This document shows, piece after piece, positions 1 to 10,296 of a DNA stretch of 64,000 bases; the stretch's first letter is position 1, and each line of letters starts with the position of its first letter. Below the pieces are notes generated by a model that did not search any database, was not told the origin of the DNA, and saw only the letters and a program-made list of their open reading frames with translations. The position numbers and the translations under genes were made by a program. Source of the stretch: Clostridia bacterium (lineage in GTDB: Bacteria > Bacillota > Clostridia > Lachnospirales > Anaerotignaceae); NCBI GenBank assembly GCA_900757025.1, contig CAAEMG010000007.1, forward strand, positions 7,976 to 71,975, in the 5' to 3' direction.

Positions 1-178
1 CGGCCAGCTTTTGGAAGATGCCGAAGAAGACGAGGAAGAAGAACACGAGCAGACAGCAGAAGAGAAAAAAAGAGAAGAAGAAGCGGGAATGTCTGTTTAC
101 AACGACCTGCTTAAAAGAATGCAGGCACTTAATATTTTAAACGATATGGATATAAACGACAAACCGGACAATAATTAA
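1..178 (+). CDS. 3' end of an unidentified CDS with an acidic C-terminus (...DMDINDKPDNN*). The start lies upstream of the window.
   Basis: Open frame (phase of position 2) from the window edge to TAA at 176-178. No family is recognisable from about 58 aa. Confidence 0.35.
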   Translation, partial: GQLLEDAEEDEEEEHEQTAEEKKREEEAGMSVYNDLLKRMQALNILNDMDINDKPDNN

Positions 179-221
179 CTGTACCGTAAAAACAAAATAT
201 TATTAACGGAGATGATATTTT

Positions 222-1109
222 ATGAAAATAGGATTTATAGGCCTTGGAATAATGGGAAAACCCATGAGCAAAAATCTTTTAAAAGCGGGACACAGCCTTG
301 TGGTTTTTAACAGAAGCCACGCCTCTGTGGAAGAACTTGTTGCCTGTGGCGCCGAAGAAGGAAAAAGCCCTGCCGACGTTGCCTCAAAATGCGGCGTTAT
401 TATATTAATGCTGCCAAATTCCCCCGATGTAAGAGAAGTATGTCTCGGAAAAAACGGAATTATTGAAGGTGCAAAAGAAGGCACAGTTATAATAGATATG
501 AGTTCTATAGACCCTGTTGAAACAAAGGCAATAGGAAAAGAACTTGCACAAAAAGCCATAGAACTTATAGATGCTCCCGTATCGGGCGGAGAGCCGAAAG
601 CAATAGACGGAACACTTTCCGTAATGGCAGGCGGAAAAAAAGAAACCTTCGACAAATATTATGACCTTCTTATGTCTATGGCTGCCTCGGTTACATATGT
701 CGGCGAGCTTGGTTCGGGAAATGTGGCAAAACTTGCAAATCAGGTTATTGTTGCCATAAATATAGCCGCCGTTTCTGAGGCACTTACCCTTGCCGTTAAA
801 AACGGTGCCGACCCGGCTCTTGTATATAACGCAATAAAAGGCGGTCTTGCCGGTTCCACTGTGCTTGACGCAAAAGCACCAATGATGATGGAACACAATT
901 TTAAGCCCGGCTTTAGAATAGGCCTTCATATAAAAGATTTAAACAATGCCTTAAATTCTGCCCATGCCACAGGAACATCTCTTCCTCTTACGGCAGAAGT
1001 AATGGAAATTATGCAGGCCCTTAAAAATGACGGCTGTGAAACCCAAGACCACAGTGCCATAGTGCGTTATTATGAAAAAATATCAAATACATCGGTTAAA
1101 AAAGGTTAA
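222..1109 (+). CDS. NAD(P)-dependent 3-hydroxyisobutyrate dehydrogenase / 2-hydroxy-3-oxopropionate (tartronate semialdehyde) reductase family
   Basis: N-terminal Rossmann motif MKIGFIGLGIMGKPMSKNL and family-typical length of 295 aa. GGAG lies upstream. Confidence 0.85.
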   Translation: MKIGFIGLGIMGKPMSKNLLKAGHSLVVFNRSHASVEELVACGAEEGKSPADVASKCGVIILMLPNSPDVREVCLGKNGIIEGAKEGTVIIDMSSIDPVETKAIGKELAQKAIELIDAPVSGGEPKAIDGTLSVMAGGKKETFDKYYDLLMSMAASVTYVGELGSGNVAKLANQVIVAINIAAVSEALTLAVKNGADPALVYNAIKGGLAGSTVLDAKAPMMMEHNFKPGFRIGLHIKDLNNALNSAHATGTSLPLTAEVMEIMQALKNDGCETQDHSAIVRYYEKISNTSVKKG

Positions 1110-1119
1110 GCCATAAAAC

Positions 1120-1150
1120 AAGGAAGCCCTTTCGGACTTCCTTATTTTTA
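1120..1150. terminator. Hairpin plus T-run between convergent genes
   Basis: AAGGAAG...CTTCCTT stem (1120-1143) followed by TTTTT. Confidence 0.6.
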
Positions 1151-2587
1151 TGCATTTTTCAAAATTTCTTTAAGCATATCATATGTTTCGGCAAATGATG
1201 CAAGACTCATTCTTTCTCTCGGTGTATGAACGTCTTTTACATCGGGCATACACACAATAAGGTCATTCATATTAAGCGATGTAAAAATTGTTCCGGCGTC
1301 AAGGCCAGAATGAATGTACATTCTTATAAAATCTCTATTTGTATGCTCTTTTATGGCTTTTTCATACAAAACAGTAAGAGGAGAATTTTCGTCTACAGTG
1401 TGTCCGCCGTAATTAAACGTAGGCACATATTCAAAGCCGAAAGGCTTAACAAATATTTCTGCCGCCTCAAAAAGCTCTTTTGCATCGGAAGGCATATTTG
1501 CCCTGCTTACATAGTCAAACTCAATTTTATCATCAAATGTTTTTGCCGTTGAAATATTATAAGACTCTATAACTCTTTCCAAATGTTTTATATCAACTTT
1601 TTCCGCACCTACAGGCAGAACAAAAAGAAGTTTAAGTATATCATCAGTATCATCTTTTGAAATTACATCGGAAACTTCACATTCTTTAAGCTCTATTTTC
1701 ATGTTGGGGTCTGTAACGGCATATTCTTTTTTAATTTTTGCGAATATTTTTTCAAAAGCCTTTTCAACTTTTTCCTTTTCTTTGCCGCAGGCAAATACCG
1801 ACACAGTTTCCGGCGGTATTGTGTGAACCATTGTTCCGCCGTCTATTGAAACAAGCCTTATTTCAAGCTCTTTATTTAAGCTGTAAAGTATCCTTCCGGC
1901 AAGTTTTATTGCATTTCCCAAGCCCTGACCTATATTGTTTGCTCCGTGACCCGACGTAAGGCCGTTTATATTAAGGCTGTAGCCCTTTAAAGACGACTTT
2001 TCACGTTTTGTTTTTCTTACAAGTTTTCCTCCTTCAACGGCAGATGCGGAAAATATTGTTGCTCCTTCCGTAAGACCGTCAAGACCTATCATTCTTTTGG
2101 ATTTGAGCAAAGAAAAATCAAGCCCCTTTGCTCCGCCCATTCCGTCCTCTTCCTGAACGGTAAACACAAGCTCAAGAGGCGGATGAGAAAGGTCATTTTC
2201 CTCCAAAAGTCCAAGTATCATTGCTACTCCCGCTCCGTCGTCTGCGCCAAGGGTTGTTCCGTATGTTTTAAGCCAGCCGTCTTCAACAAAAACCTTTATA
2301 GTGTCTTTTGTAAAATCATGTGTGCTTTCCGGAGTTTTCATGCACACCATGTCCATATGTGCCTGAAGCATAAGTGGTTCTTCCGTTTCTCTGCCCCTTG
2401 ATGCCGGAAGATATGCAATTATGTCTCCAATAGCATTTCTGTTTGTTTTAAGCCCTTTTTCATGCAGTTTTTCCTCAACATAATCGGCTGCTTTTTCCTC
2501 ATGGAAAGAGCCTCTCGGAATTTTTAAAAGATTATCAAAAATTTTAAAATTAGGATAATTTTCATATCCGTCATACCATGATGCCAT
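1148..2587 (-). CDS. pepD: Aminoacyl-histidine (Xaa-His) dipeptidase, M20 family
   Basis: The ORF matches the PepD pattern (..LMLQAHMDMVC.., ..GADDGAGVA..). Start moved to ATG 2587 (MASWYDG), which has a GGGAG SD; the longer ORF start lacks an SD. Confidence 0.85.
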   Translation of the reverse strand: MASWYDGYENYPNFKIFDNLLKIPRGSFHEEKAADYVEEKLHEKGLKTNRNAIGDIIAYLPASRGRETEEPLMLQAHMDMVCMKTPESTHDFTKDTIKVFVEDGWLKTYGTTLGADDGAGVAMILGLLEENDLSHPPLELVFTVQEEDGMGGAKGLDFSLLKSKRMIGLDGLTEGATIFSASAVEGGKLVRKTKREKSSLKGYSLNINGLTSGHGANNIGQGLGNAIKLAGRILYSLNKELEIRLVSIDGGTMVHTIPPETVSVFACGKEKEKVEKAFEKIFAKIKKEYAVTDPNMKIELKECEVSDVISKDDTDDILKLLFVLPVGAEKVDIKHLERVIESYNISTAKTFDDKIEFDYVSRANMPSDAKELFEAAEIFVKPFGFEYVPTFNYGGHTVDENSPLTVLYEKAIKEHTNRDFIRMYIHSGLDAGTIFTSLNMNDLIVCMPDVKDVHTPRERMSLASFAETYDMLKEILKNA

Positions 2588-2755
2588 AACAAAAACTCCC
2601 TTCAAAAATTCTGTTTTAATCTGCTTAATGCAATAATACACCGAAAAAGATTATTTTTCAATAAGTTGTATTACAAACAATGTATGTTGTATTATGTCTT
2701 TGATTAAAAAAACATATTATGATACTATATCTAAATAAAGAAAGGACTGATAAAA

Positions 2756-3178
2756 ATGGATTTTAAACCTTATGAGCATAAAGCACAATACTACGAAACA
2801 GATAAAATGGGAATTATTCATCATTCCAACTATATACGCTATTTTGAAGAAGCCAGAATCGATTTTATGAGCCAAGGTGGTTTAAGCTACGAAAAAATGG
2901 AAGAAGAAGGAATAATGAGTCCTGTTATAGGCATTGAATGTACCTACAAAAAAAGCCTTACTTTCGGTGACACAGCCCTTATATACCCATATGTAAAAGA
3001 ATTTAACGGAATAAAACTTACAATAGGCTACAAAATTACAAACAAAGCCACAGGCGAACTTTGCTGCACAGGTGAAAGCCGTCATTGTTTTTTAAAAAAC
3101 GGCAAGCCAATATCTTTAAAAAAAGAAGCACCAAAATTTTATGACCTTTTTAACACTATGCCGAGGGAAGAAAAATGA
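2756..3178 (+). CDS. Acyl-CoA thioesterase, 4HBT/YbgC hotdog family
   Basis: 140 aa. N-terminus ...QYYETDKMGIIHHSNYIRYFEEAR is typical of YbgC-like thioesterases. Confidence 0.8.
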   Translation: MDFKPYEHKAQYYETDKMGIIHHSNYIRYFEEARIDFMSQGGLSYEKMEEEGIMSPVIGIECTYKKSLTFGDTALIYPYVKEFNGIKLTIGYKITNKATGELCCTGESRHCFLKNGKPISLKKEAPKFYDLFNTMPREEK

Positions 3179-3603
3179 TATATACTGCCTTAACAAAAAA
3201 AGCCATGCTCCTTGCATATACCGCACATAAAGACCAAAAAGACAAAGGAGGTATGCCCTATATTTTCCACCCGTTTTTTGTTGCCGAGCATATGGACACC
3301 GAAACGGAAACTGCCGCCGCCCTTCTCCACGATGTATGCGAAGATACGCCGATTACAGCAGATGATTTGAAAAATATGGGTTTTCCTACGGAAGTTGTAT
3401 CTGTAGTTGATATTTTAAGCCGAAAAGAAAACGAAGATTATACAGAATATATAAAACGTGTTAAACAAAACCCAACAGCCGCAAAAATAAAACTTTGGGA
3501 TTTACGACATAACTCGATGATAAGCCGAATTGAAAACCCAACGGAAAAAGATTTTGAAAGATTAAAAAAATACGCCGATGCACAGAATATTTTAAATAAT
3601 TAA
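3175..3603 (+). CDS. HD-domain (p)ppGpp hydrolase-only RelA/SpoT homolog (small alarmone hydrolase-like)
   Basis: AYTAHKDQKDKGGMPYIFHP....AALLHDVCEDT is the RSH hydrolase HD signature. 142 aa with no synthetase domain. ATGA overlap with the upstream stop. Confidence 0.7.
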   Translation: MIYTALTKKAMLLAYTAHKDQKDKGGMPYIFHPFFVAEHMDTETETAAALLHDVCEDTPITADDLKNMGFPTEVVSVVDILSRKENEDYTEYIKRVKQNPTAAKIKLWDLRHNSMISRIENPTEKDFERLKKYADAQNILNN

Positions 3604-3723
3604 AAATTTGTCAGTCATTAGACAAATTGCACAAAAAGCTTTGTATATTATTACGGCTTGATTTTTACTCTTTTTAATTGCAAAATACAGTGTATTACAA
3701 AAATTGTAAGGAGAAGGGTATCT

Positions 3724-4496
3724 ATGTCAGAGAGCAGCGGTGTAAAAATACAATCTTTGGAAAGAGCCTTTGAAATATTAAGGCTGTTTAAAAAACATGA
3801 TGAAATAGGAATTTCGGAAATAGCACAAAGCGTAAATTTAAGCAAAAGCACAGCTTTCGGTCTTGTAAATACACTTGTTAAGATCGGTTTTTTGGAAAAA
3901 GACGCCGACAGCAAAAAATATCGTTTGGGCATGGAGCTTTTTGAGCTTGGAACTCTTGTGGAAAACCGAATGGATATAAAAAAACCGCACAGCCATATTG
4001 CGTTATGCTTTCGCAAAAATACTGCCTTACGGTTCATTTGGCTGCCAATAAAAACGGTGAAGTTTTGTACATAGATAAATATGACCAGCCCGACTTTTTT
4101 ATTATGTATTCCCAAGTGGGACAAACAGCGCCTATGACCTGCACAGGCTTAGGAAAAGCAATGCTTGCCTTTGAAGACGAAAACTATCTGCAAAAATATA
4201 TATTTTCAAAGCCGTTTCCGGTAAAAAACGAAAACTCCATTGCCGATGAAGAAACCCTCAGAAAAATACTTGCCGATATAAAAAATAAAGGCTATGCCTG
4301 CGATAACGGCGAAATGAGCAATGTTCTTAAATGCTATGCTGCCCCAATATTTAACAGACACAAAAAGCCTATAGCCGCAATAAGCGTATCGGGCATTGTA
4401 AATAAAATGGAAAATGAAAATGCACAGGAAATAATAGAAGATGTAAAAAATGTGGCTAAAGAAATATCTCTAAAAATGGGATATAGGGAAATCTGA
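3724..4496 (+). pseudogene. IclR-family transcriptional regulator, split by a frameshift at an A7 tract (3978-3984)
   Basis: The HTH half is in frame 1 (MSESSGVKIQSLERAFEIL...). The effector half is in the next frame (..AQPYCVMLSQKYCLTVHLA...GYACDNGE..ISVSG). One extra A would fuse them. Confidence 0.8.
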
Positions 4497-4595
4497 AAAT
4501 TTTTGGTTTGACAAACAGATAATACCTTGAGGCTTTGCAAAAACGGTCTGCAACCGTCCCGTATTCATCGTAGTGCAAACTTTGCGCCTCCTAAA
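4497..4595 (+). repeat. Mosaic intergenic repeat, copy R1 (5' box AAATTTTTGGTTTGAC)
   Basis: Shares the AAATTTTGRTTTGAC box with 12071, 20844, 22248, 41411 and 61187, and GATAATACC with 13510. Confidence 0.5.
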
Positions 4596-4599
4596 AGGT

Positions 4600-5550
4600 T
4601 TAATCGCAACTTTCGATAAAAACACAAATATAACTTTCCGTCAAATCAAAATCCATTTTTTTCGTCTGCTCCAATATATTTTCCACAACATCATCAAAGG
4701 GGTCTTTTATGCCCTCTTTTTTTGCTGCCTCACTATATGAATTTCCAGGCATGGCATTTGCCTCACAGAAAATATAATCTCCTTTTTCACCCAAAAGAAA
4801 ATCCACACTTCCCAAATTTATGTTTAAAAGAGTGCCTATTTTTTCGGCATATTCAATAAGTTTTTCCTCGGCTGATATAAAATCTATTTTTCCTCCCTCG
4901 GAAAGATTGGATTTAAAGCTTTTTGAATTTGAACGCACAAAAGATGTTATAAATTTTCCTCCGCAAAGAATTACTCTCAAATCTTTTCCCTTAGATGATG
5001 ATATATACTCCTGTATAAGCACATCGTCATTATATTTTTTTGAAAGTTCCTCGGAAAGGCTCATTATTTCCTCAAAATTTTCGGCAAGCTCCACTCCGCT
5101 TCCCTGACTGCCGTTATTTATTTTAAGCACAACAGGATATGTAAATTTTTTTTCAACAAAATCCTTTGTTAAATAAGGCGTGTAAAGCATTGTTTTCGGC
5201 ACGGAAATATCCGTATTTTGTGAAACAGTAAGATATGTTTCAAGCTTATTTCCTGCGGAAATTATACACTGTGCGCCGTTTATAACTATTGTGTTTTTCC
5301 CTTCAAGCATACGGCTTACGGCAAGGTTATGGCTTGTTATATTGCCGAAATACGCCGATATAACAAATGGCGGAATTTCCGTCTTAATTCCTTTTACAAA
5401 AATATGTGTTTTGTCGCTGTCGCAAAAAACATCTATATCTTCTGTATTTACGGCTGTCATGTTTATGCCCTTATTTTTAAATCTGTCCGTAAATTTTTTT
5501 ATATCTTTTAAATTTCGGCTTTTTTCGCCAACAAGTATCCATGCCTTCAT
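4600..5550 (-). CDS. ATP-grasp protein, RimK-like ligase family
   Basis: Central PVVLKINNGSQGSGV and C-terminal ..EANAMPG.. ATP-grasp motifs. Start set at ATG 5550 (MKAWILV) with a GGAG SD. Confidence 0.65.
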   Translation of the reverse strand: MKAWILVGEKSRNLKDIKKFTDRFKNKGINMTAVNTEDIDVFCDSDKTHIFVKGIKTEIPPFVISAYFGNITSHNLAVSRMLEGKNTIVINGAQCIISAGNKLETYLTVSQNTDISVPKTMLYTPYLTKDFVEKKFTYPVVLKINNGSQGSGVELAENFEEIMSLSEELSKKYNDDVLIQEYISSSKGKDLRVILCGGKFITSFVRSNSKSFKSNLSEGGKIDFISAEEKLIEYAEKIGTLLNINLGSVDFLLGEKGDYIFCEANAMPGNSYSEAAKKEGIKDPFDDVVENILEQTKKMDFDLTESYICVFIESCD

Positions 5551-5614
5551 AATAAACTCCAGTAATATGCTAAATTGGGCAGAACCCAAAAACGGGAACT
5601 GCCCTTTAATAATT

Positions 5615-7270
5615 TTATTTTAATTCCGCAATAAGTTTTTCAACGGCTTCAAGAGCTTCATCGGGAAGTTTGTCGTAGCCTTCTTTAAATGTTTCTCTTG
5701 ATTTTATAAATTCAGCTCTGTCTTTAAGTCTTGCTTCCAAAAGACCGTGATATTTTGTATCTGTCATATCAGGAACAAAGCCTTCAACTTCCATAATTTC
5801 CAAATCGGAGAAATTATTCCATTTTTCAAACTGTGCCGTTCCTTCCACAACAGCCTCTATGCAGGAAAGAGTAACCTCTTTTGTTATCTTCTTATCTACA
5901 AAGAAACCTGTGTTAAGTATATAGCAGTCAACATTTTCGTTTTCAAAAAGGTCTTTAAACTTTTCATAGTCGTTTGCCAAAGGATATGTTCTGAAAGGAT
6001 TTGCATAGCTTTCAAAAACAAGTGCATCCGGATCTACCCCCGGAGCAAGTCTTTCGGCAGTTGTTCTTTTTGTTGCAAGAGCCGCACCCATTGCAGAAGA
6101 AAGAACCGAACCTTTAACCTTAACTATAGGCGGCATTGAAGGGTCTTTCATAAGATAGAATATGGCGTTTATAGGCTCTTCAAGTTTGTCAACTCTTTCC
6201 GGCGACCACAATTTGCTCTTTATTGCTCTTCCGTTTCCGTTTCTCAAATCTTCTGTTACAAGAACAACTTTGTTGTCCTCGTCAAGTGTTGCGCCTACGT
6301 TCTGAACAGAAAGGAGGTATTTATTGTCTGGGCTTGACATAGGATAATCCTGTGTTTTATCGAAATATGAAGGTTCAAGCGCCACAGATGAGCCGTTTTC
6401 CGTAGAAATAATAAAAGCGTCGTCGTGAAGAACGGTTATATCATATTTTCCGTCATGCTTTGCGTGTGTAATTGTGGATTTTCCGGAACCGGAAAGGCCG
6501 AAAACGCCAACAACAAATTTTCTTCCGTCCGGAAGGTTATAGCATTTTTCTCCTCCGTGGCAGGAAGCATAGCCGTTTCTGTTGGCTATTGTCCATGCAA
6601 GTGTAAGAGTTCCTTTTTTAAGCTCCCCAAAATATTTCATGCCGAGTATGCAGGCACAGTTGTGGAGAGGGTCAAAAAACGCAAGACCAAAAGGATAGTC
6701 GGGATGTGACCAGTCTGGGTCTGCAAAAATATATATATCGCCTTCGTTATTCATCTGTTTTGAATAACGGTACATTTTTGTGTATTCGGCTGTAATATAC
6801 TGGAAGTTGAGAAGCCAGTTATAAAGAAGAATTTCATGGTTTTCCGGTATACAAAGGTTTGCACGAACCATAAAATCCGGGTCAAGACCTATATATGCCT
6901 TGCCGTGATAAAGCTTTTTTGTTCTTGCCGCATATACGGCCTCTCTTATATGAGAACATATTTTTTTAACGTCAACACCGGGTTCTCCAGCTATTCTTCT
7001 TGCGGCGGCTGTTCTTCCCGTTACGGCTCCGTCGTTAAAAAGAAGAACCTTTGCGCCTTCCGGAAGACCTATTTCTTCCGGTCTTTCAACAGAAAGGTCT
7101 GTTATTACAACTCCCGGAGTTTTGCAGGCAAGTTCATAGCCCTGTTTGAGAGTTGTTACGGGAACTACATTATTTCCGTAAAATACGCTTTCGATAGTTG
7201 TTCTTGCCATAGAGAAAATGGGATTTTCCGTTGTTATTTCATCCCAGCTGAATTTTGCTTTTGTTGCCAT
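5615..7270 (-). CDS. pckA: Phosphoenolpyruvate carboxykinase (ATP)
   Basis: 551 aa. The kinase-1a P-loop GLSGSGKST and overall PEPCK-ATP pattern are present. Confidence 0.85.
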   Translation of the reverse strand: MATKAKFSWDEITTENPIFSMARTTIESVFYGNNVVPVTTLKQGYELACKTPGVVITDLSVERPEEIGLPEGAKVLLFNDGAVTGRTAAARRIAGEPGVDVKKICSHIREAVYAARTKKLYHGKAYIGLDPDFMVRANLCIPENHEILLYNWLLNFQYITAEYTKMYRYSKQMNNEGDIYIFADPDWSHPDYPFGLAFFDPLHNCACILGMKYFGELKKGTLTLAWTIANRNGYASCHGGEKCYNLPDGRKFVVGVFGLSGSGKSTITHAKHDGKYDITVLHDDAFIISTENGSSVALEPSYFDKTQDYPMSSPDNKYLLSVQNVGATLDEDNKVVLVTEDLRNGNGRAIKSKLWSPERVDKLEEPINAIFYLMKDPSMPPIVKVKGSVLSSAMGAALATKRTTAERLAPGVDPDALVFESYANPFRTYPLANDYEKFKDLFENENVDCYILNTGFFVDKKITKEVTLSCIEAVVEGTAQFEKWNNFSDLEIMEVEGFVPDMTDTKYHGLLEARLKDRAEFIKSRETFKEGYDKLPDEALEAVEKLIAELK

Positions 7271-7288
7271 TTTAAAATTCCTCCACTC

Positions 7289-7987
7289 TTACTGCATATT
7301 TTTAAGCATACCTTCAAGTATAATGCTTGAATTTTTAGCCGCTATTTTTGTAAATTCATCATAGCTTATGTCTGCGCCTTCGTCTGCCTTATCGGATATC
7401 GAACGGATTACGACATAAGGCATTTTGTTTAGATAGCACACATGGGCAACGGCAGCGCCTTCCATTTCGGCACAATATGCACCGAAAAGATTCCAAATTC
7501 TGTTTTTGGCTTCCGAAGAAGCTATAAACTGGTCGCCGCTGGCAACTGTGCCTTTAAACACTTTATGGTTTTCAAGGGCTTCTCCTGCTTTTTCGGCAAG
7601 GGCAATAAGTTCTTCGTCTGCCTTAAAACGGCTTTCTTCCATACGTGGAATTGTTCCCACAGGGTCGCCGAGGGCAGAAACATCCATATCGTGCTGAAGA
7701 GCATCTGTGGAAATAACAACATCGCCTATGTTAAGCTCTTTGTATACAGCTCCGGCAACGCCTATATTTATAACGCAGTCTACCGAAAAATGGTCTATAA
7801 GAACCTGTGTGCAGGCTGCGGCGTTTACCTTGCCTATGCCGCATTTAACTATAATAACGCTGTTGCCTCCGAATTTTGTAATATAAAAATCAAGACCCAA
7901 AATGTTTTTGGCAGTAACTATTTCGGCAATTTCTTTTATAAAAGCTATTTCCTCATCCATTGCGCCGATAATACCTATAGTTTTCAA
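7289..7987 (-). CDS. mtnN: 5'-methylthioadenosine/S-adenosylhomocysteine nucleosidase
   Basis: MKTIGIIGAMDEEI..., ..EMEGAAVAHV.., ..VVIRSISD.. are characteristic of Pfs/MtnN. Confidence 0.9.
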   Translation of the reverse strand: MKTIGIIGAMDEEIAFIKEIAEIVTAKNILGLDFYITKFGGNSVIIVKCGIGKVNAAACTQVLIDHFSVDCVINIGVAGAVYKELNIGDVVISTDALQHDMDVSALGDPVGTIPRMEESRFKADEELIALAEKAGEALENHKVFKGTVASGDQFIASSEAKNRIWNLFGAYCAEMEGAAVAHVCYLNKMPYVVIRSISDKADEGADISYDEFTKIAAKNSSIILEGMLKNMQ

Positions 7988-8179
7988 ACAATCATCTCCT
8001 ATAAAAATGGTTTCAGTGTTTATTTTAAGAACAAAAGTCTTTACTGTAAAAACAAAATAAATTATTTGTATCTTAGCATATTATTGTGTTAATATACAAT
8101 AGTAAAAGCAATGTTTTTAAGTATTTTTTACAATTAAAATAATAGTTTAAAATAAATATTATGTAAAGAAGGAGCATGT

Positions 8180-8878
8180 ATGAAGCCTGTTATTGCACTG
8201 AGCTGTGCCTATAATCAAGATGCCGAGGCATACAGCCTTAAAAAAAACTACTGTGAAATAATTGAAAAATGCGGCGGTATACCTTTTATTGTGCCCTATC
8301 TTTCCGAAGCAAATTCCGATGAAATTTTAAATACCGTTTCGGGAGTTCTCTTTACCGGCGGCGGCGACATAGCCCCTAACATTGCCGGCTTCGAACACGC
8401 CGTATACAGCCAAAACTGTAATGGAGAAAGAGATTTGTTCGAGCTTAATCTCTGTAAAAAATGCTATGAAAAAAATGTTCCCGTTCTTGGCATATGCCGT
8501 GGAATGCAGCTTATGTCAGTTGCCGCAGGAGGTCAGATTGCCGAAGATATAAGCCTTATTTCGGCTCATGCCAAAAGCCACAGACAGACAGTTGCGGGAA
8601 ACATTCCAACACATAAAATACACATTCAAAAAGACAGCCTTTTATATAAAATTTTGGAAAAAGACACTGTATACGTCAATTCTTTTCATCATCAGTGCGT
8701 TACAGACGGAGGCTTTCTTAGGTTAAGTGCATTTGCAAAAGACGGAGTTGCCGAAGCAGCTGAATTTGAAAAATACAATTCATTTGCATTGGGTGTTCAG
8801 TGGCACCCGGAAAGATGTCTTTCCGATGGCGTTTCGGAAAAAATAATTAAATATTTTATAGAAAAATGTAAAAAATAA
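8180..8878 (+). CDS. Class I glutamine amidotransferase, peptidase C26 (gamma-glutamyl-GABA hydrolase-like)
   Basis: GICRGMQL nucleophile elbow plus the ..FHHQ.. and ..VQWHPE.. motifs. Confidence 0.8.
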   Translation: MKPVIALSCAYNQDAEAYSLKKNYCEIIEKCGGIPFIVPYLSEANSDEILNTVSGVLFTGGGDIAPNIAGFEHAVYSQNCNGERDLFELNLCKKCYEKNVPVLGICRGMQLMSVAAGGQIAEDISLISAHAKSHRQTVAGNIPTHKIHIQKDSLLYKILEKDTVYVNSFHHQCVTDGGFLRLSAFAKDGVAEAAEFEKYNSFALGVQWHPERCLSDGVSEKIIKYFIEKCKK

Positions 8879-8899
8879 TTATACTACGGAGGTAAAACA

Positions 8900-9097
8900 A
8901 TGGATTTTTCAGTTGGGGATATTGTTCAGATGAAAAAAAGCCACCCTTGCGGAGGAAACACATGGGAAGTTTTAAGAACAGGAATAGATTTCAGAATTAA
9001 ATGCACAACCTGCGGACACATGGTAATGCTGCCAAGGTTTAAATTTGAAAAAAGCGTAAAGAAAATTGTTTCAAGGACTGATGAAAATGAAAAATAA
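8900..9097 (+). CDS. DUF951 family small protein
   Basis: 65 aa. GDIVQMKKSHPCGGNTWEVLRTGIDFRIKCTTCGH is the DUF951 pattern. Confidence 0.75.
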   Translation: MDFSVGDIVQMKKSHPCGGNTWEVLRTGIDFRIKCTTCGHMVMLPRFKFEKSVKKIVSRTDENEK

Positions 9098-10295
9098 GCT
9101 TTTGCTTTTTTTGTGTGCAATAATGCTGTTTTCTCTCGCCGGCTGTGCAAAAGCAGACCCTTCGGAAAATATATCTTCTTCTGTGGCAAACATAATAGAA
9201 GATAAAGCCGTGGAAGAAATTAAAGATGTTGAAATTACAGGAAACGAAGTTATAGACGCTGCCTCAAGGTTTATGACAGACGATAACGAGCTGTTTTTAA
9301 GAGCCGTTGAAATTGCAGACGGAATGACACTTGAGGAAAAAGCCGGACAGCTCTTTTTTGCACGTTTTCCCGATAAAGGCGCAGAAGAAGAAATTGCATA
9401 CTATCATCCTGCCGGATATATTTTTTTCGGAAGGGATTTTGAAAATTCCAGTCCCGAAAAATTCAAAACAGACATAGAAAAATATCAGGGCGAATCAAAA
9501 ATCACTCTTTTAACCGGCGTTGACGAGGAAGGCGGAACCGTTGTAAGGGCAAGCAAATATCCACAGTTTAGAGAAGTACCTTTTAAAAGCCCAAGAGAGC
9601 TTTATAACGAAGGCGGAATGGATAAAGTTTTGGAAGATGCCGAAGAAAAATCCGATTTTCTAAAAAAACTCGGCATAAATGTAAACCTTGCCCCGGTGTG
9701 CGATATTTCTAACGACAGCGACAACTTTATATATGACAGGTCAATAGGTCTTGACCCGCAGAAAACGGCAGAATATGTTGTACGTGTTCAAAATGAAATG
9801 AAGAAACACGGCATGGGAAGCATAATAAAACATTTTCCCGGCTACGGCGACAACGCCGACACCCATACAGGCGAAAGCATAGACACAAGAGATTTGGATT
9901 ATCTGAGCCGAAACGATTTGGTGCCTTTTGCGGCGGCTATAGAAAACGGCTGCGACGCAATACTTGTTTCACACAATATTATTGATGCAATAGACAAAGA
10001 CAATATAGCAACACTCTCTCCTGCCGTACACGAATTTTTACGAAACGAAATGGATTTTAAAGGCGTTATAGTTACGGACGATATGGCGATGGGTGCAGTT
10101 GAAAACATAGACAGCGGCGATGCTGCCGTAAAAGCCGTTCTTGCAGGAAACGACCTTATAATAACAAGCGATTTAAAAACACAATATGAGGCAGTTTTAC
10201 AGGCTCTTAAAAGCGGAGAAATAGGTGACAACCGTCTTGATGAGTCTGTTTGCAGGGTTCTGCTTTGGAAACTTAAAATGGGAATAATTGAATAA
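9081..10295 (+). CDS. Glycoside hydrolase family 3 lipoprotein (NagZ-like beta-N-acetylhexosaminidase)
   Basis: Lipobox signal peptide MKMKNKLLLFLCAIMLFSLAGC. GH3 motifs KHFPGYGD and ..VTDDMAMGA.. are present. Confidence 0.8.
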   Translation: MKMKNKLLLFLCAIMLFSLAGCAKADPSENISSSVANIIEDKAVEEIKDVEITGNEVIDAASRFMTDDNELFLRAVEIADGMTLEEKAGQLFFARFPDKGAEEEIAYYHPAGYIFFGRDFENSSPEKFKTDIEKYQGESKITLLTGVDEEGGTVVRASKYPQFREVPFKSPRELYNEGGMDKVLEDAEEKSDFLKKLGINVNLAPVCDISNDSDNFIYDRSIGLDPQKTAEYVVRVQNEMKKHGMGSIIKHFPGYGDNADTHTGESIDTRDLDYLSRNDLVPFAAAIENGCDAILVSHNIIDAIDKDNIATLSPAVHEFLRNEMDFKGVIVTDDMAMGAVENIDSGDAAVKAVLAGNDLIITSDLKTQYEAVLQALKSGEIGDNRLDESVCRVLLWKLKMGIIE

Positions 10296-10296
10296 A

